Origin: Clostridia bacterium
Lineage (GTDB): Bacteria > Bacillota > Clostridia > Oscillospirales > CAG-272
Length of the DNA: 64,000 nt
Reading direction: 5' to 3'
Assembly (NCBI GenBank): GCA_017473865.1
Contig: JAFUJB010000016.1
Coordinates: 240,917-304,916, forward strand
The translations under genes were made by a program, and so were the position numbers. This document shows, in pieces, positions 62,354 through 64,000 of the stretch (positions within the stretch are counted from its first letter, which is position 1; each line of letters starts with the position of its first letter). Below the pieces are notes generated by a model. The model did no database searches. It worked only from the letters and a program-made list of their open reading frames with translations, and was not told where the DNA came from.

Positions 62354-62944
62354 TTACTCCGATGGTTGAATTGAAAAATACAGTTGTATATATTTTTCTT
62401 TTGCCTTGTTGACTTTCTGAATATAATTTCTTGTTTCTTCAAATGGAATGTTTACAAGTTTGCCGTCTTGTGTTACGTTTGGGTCGTCGAGCCACTTGTT
62501 AACGCTTCCTCTGCCTGCGTTATATGCGGCGAGGGCGGTGTCCCAGTCGTTAAATTCTTCGTAGAGAAGGGACAAAAAGTAAGTGCCGAATTTTATGTTA
62601 ATTTCATAGTCGAGCAATTTATCAAATGAATACGTACCCTCAATGCCCATTCTGTACTGCAGCCAGTTAAACGTTTCCTCGGTTATCTGCATAATGCCCC
62701 TGGCATCCGCGTGCGATTGGGCTGACGGATCAAACGAGCTTTCGGTGTTGATGACCGCGCATAAAAGCTCTATCGGGACGTTGTACTCTTCTGAATAGGT
62801 TTTTATTACGTGCAGATATTTCTCGGGAAGAGGGTATAGCTCTTTTTCAATCTTTTCTTGAATGTGATTGTAAATACCTATTGCCGCGACAATAATCAGC
62901 GGCAAAAGTACTATGGCGATCAGTGAAAATGTTTTCTTTTTCAT
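62354..62944 (-). CDS. Lytic transglycosylase (SLT domain) with an N-terminal membrane anchor
   Basis: ELLCAVINTESSFDPSAQSHADARGIMQITEETF (E-S-GLMQ motif variant). Confidence 0.8.
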   Translation of the reverse strand: MKKKTFSLIAIVLLPLIIVAAIGIYNHIQEKIEKELYPLPEKYLHVIKTYSEEYNVPIELLCAVINTESSFDPSAQSHADARGIMQITEETFNWLQYRMGIEGTYSFDKLLDYEINIKFGTYFLSLLYEEFNDWDTALAAYNAGRGSVNKWLDDPNVTQDGKLVNIPFEETRNYIQKVNKAKEKYIQLYFSIQPSE

Positions 62945-62947
62945 TCG

Positions 62948-63547
62948 TCAGTTCTTTCCGAATATATCGTTATATATGTTTTGTATCTGCGCATCAAGGT
63001 CGTCAAGCGAGCCGTTGTTCGTAATGACGTAATCCGCTTTTTGAGTATAAAAACTGTCGTCTCCCTGATTGTTCAGTCTTTTGTTTGCGTCATCGAGAGA
63101 AATATTGTCGCGGCTCATTATTCTTTTTGTGCGGGCTTCTTTGTCTGAAATAACGGCAATGATAACGTCGCATTCTTTGTCAAATCCGCTTTCATAAAGC
63201 AGGGGAGCGTCAATAATGGCTGCAATTTTGCTATCAGCCTTTTGACTTTCAAGCCAGTTGCGAGCATAATCAAGAATATATCTGTGGCTGATAGAATTTA
63301 AAATGTTCAGCTTCTCTCTGTCAGAAAAAACAATGCTTCCGAGCCGTTTACGGTTAAGTGTACCGTCATCGTTGAGAATAGTGTTTCCAAACGTTTTGAC
63401 AAGCTCATTAAGGCAAGGAGTACCCTTTGAGCAAACCTCTCTGGAAACCCAATCGGTGTCAAGGGAGTTGATATTATATTGTAAAAACTTTTGGCAGACA
63501 CAGCCTTTTCCTGCGCCTGTGCCGCCTGTTAAACCGATGACTATCAT
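62948..63547 (-). CDS. coaE: Dephospho-CoA kinase
   Basis: MIVIGLTGGTGAGKG P-loop. 199 aa. Confidence 0.85.
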   Translation of the reverse strand: MIVIGLTGGTGAGKGCVCQKFLQYNINSLDTDWVSREVCSKGTPCLNELVKTFGNTILNDDGTLNRKRLGSIVFSDREKLNILNSISHRYILDYARNWLESQKADSKIAAIIDAPLLYESGFDKECDVIIAVISDKEARTKRIMSRDNISLDDANKRLNNQGDDSFYTQKADYVITNNGSLDDLDAQIQNIYNDIFGKN

Positions 63548-63741
63548 ATCAGCTCTGCCTGCTCCTATCGTAATTGAATAACTATTCTTATATTATATAT
63601 AAAATTTAGAAATAAAACAAGACTATTTTAGAAATTTTTGAAAGTAAGGGGGCATAGTGTATCAAAAAAAGGGCGTAAAAAGGCTGAATTATGGGCAAAA
63701 AAACGAAAAGAAAAAAACTTTAAAAAAATTAAAAAAAGGTG

Positions 63742-63770
63742 TTGACAAAATATAGCCACTATGTTATAAT
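63742..63770 (+). promoter_or_regulatory. Consensus sigma-A promoter for the tRNA cluster
   Basis: TTGACA, 17-bp spacer, TATAAT (ttgacaaaatatagccactatgttataat). ~18 bp before tRNA-Val. Confidence 0.7.
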
Positions 63771-63788
63771 AATCCTCGCCGCATAGAT

Positions 63789-63864
63789 GGGAGCATAGCT
63801 CAGCTGGGAGAGCACCTGCCTTACAAGCAGGGGGTCATAGGTTCGAGCCCTATTGTTCCCACCA
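63789..63864 (+). tRNA. tRNA-Val (anticodon TAC)
   Basis: GGGAGCATAGCTCAGCTGGGAGAGCACCTGCCTTACAAGCAGGGGGTCATAGGTTCGAGCCCTATTGTTCCCACCA. Confidence 0.85.
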
Positions 63865-63866
63865 AT

Positions 63867-63943
63867 GGCCTGGTAGTTCAGTTGGTTAGAACGCTAGCCT
63901 GTCACGCTAGAGGTCGTGGGTTCGAGTCCCATCCAGGTCGCCA
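63867..63943 (+). tRNA. tRNA-Asp (anticodon GTC)
   Basis: GGCCTGGTAGTTCAGTTGGTTAGAACGCTAGCCTGTCACGCTAGAGGTCGTGGGTTCGAGTCCCATCCAGGTCGCCA. Confidence 0.85.
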
Positions 63944-63960
63944 TATGCGGCAAATTATTT

Positions 63961-64000
63961 GCCTCTGTAGCTCAGTTGGTAGAGCAGAGTACTGAAAATC
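63961..64000 (+). tRNA. tRNA-Phe (anticodon GAA), 5' part only; truncated by the window end
   Basis: GCCTCTGTAGCTCAGTTGGTAGAGCAGAGTACTGAAAATC…. Confidence 0.7.

Overview
This is a low-GC Firmicutes (Clostridia-like) chromosomal window that mixes housekeeping genes with at least two accessory regions. The calls below come from reading motifs by eye; no searches were run.

1. Left ~15 kb, accessory fibre locus. A tyrosine recombinase is bracketed by a 17-bp perfect inverted repeat and a 23-bp imperfect direct repeat. It is followed by a TetR regulator, a SipW-type signal peptidase, and eight tandem TasA/camelysin-family secreted fibre-subunit genes. The array is interrupted by a 1602-aa secreted protein with a GH33 sialidase domain, a vWA domain and CnaB-like domains. 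The last TasA-like protein ends in a PPQTG sortase-type sorting signal. I propose this as a candidate, apparently undescribed, heteromeric TasA-type fibre with a sialidase/vWA tip adhesin and a sortase-anchored base.

2. Middle. An AP2-domain/Zn-finger pair, two paralogous CNNM(CorC/HlyC) proteins, a HAD hydrolase, feoB with its Cys-rich partner but no adjacent feoA, and a teichoic-acid phosphocholine cluster (TagF-like transferase, an unusual YidC::LtaS-like fusion, licC-licA-licB). Then an orphan feoA and a promoter-driven tRNA-Leu and initiator tRNA-fMet. Downstream of these tRNAs is a ~4.3-kb AT-rich island bounded by 129-bp direct repeats that end in tRNA-fMet T-arm sequence. The island carries a Zn-ribbon membrane protein and an AbiL-like (AAA ATPase + RloB) defence pair, and is followed by an array of GTGAAAT iterons.

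3. Right. NfeD-flotillin, a ureidoglycolate-lyase-like cupin, a glycan-utilisation block (GH78-like hydrolase, GPH symporter, GH2), mgtE, a structured leader before pyrP-upp, PadR-DUF1700-DUF4097, a yybP-ykoY Mn riboswitch before mntP, murI, a ParC-like topoisomerase, sua5, prfA, an SLT transglycosylase, coaE, and tRNA-Val/Asp/(Phe partial).

No CRISPR array and no rRNA are present.
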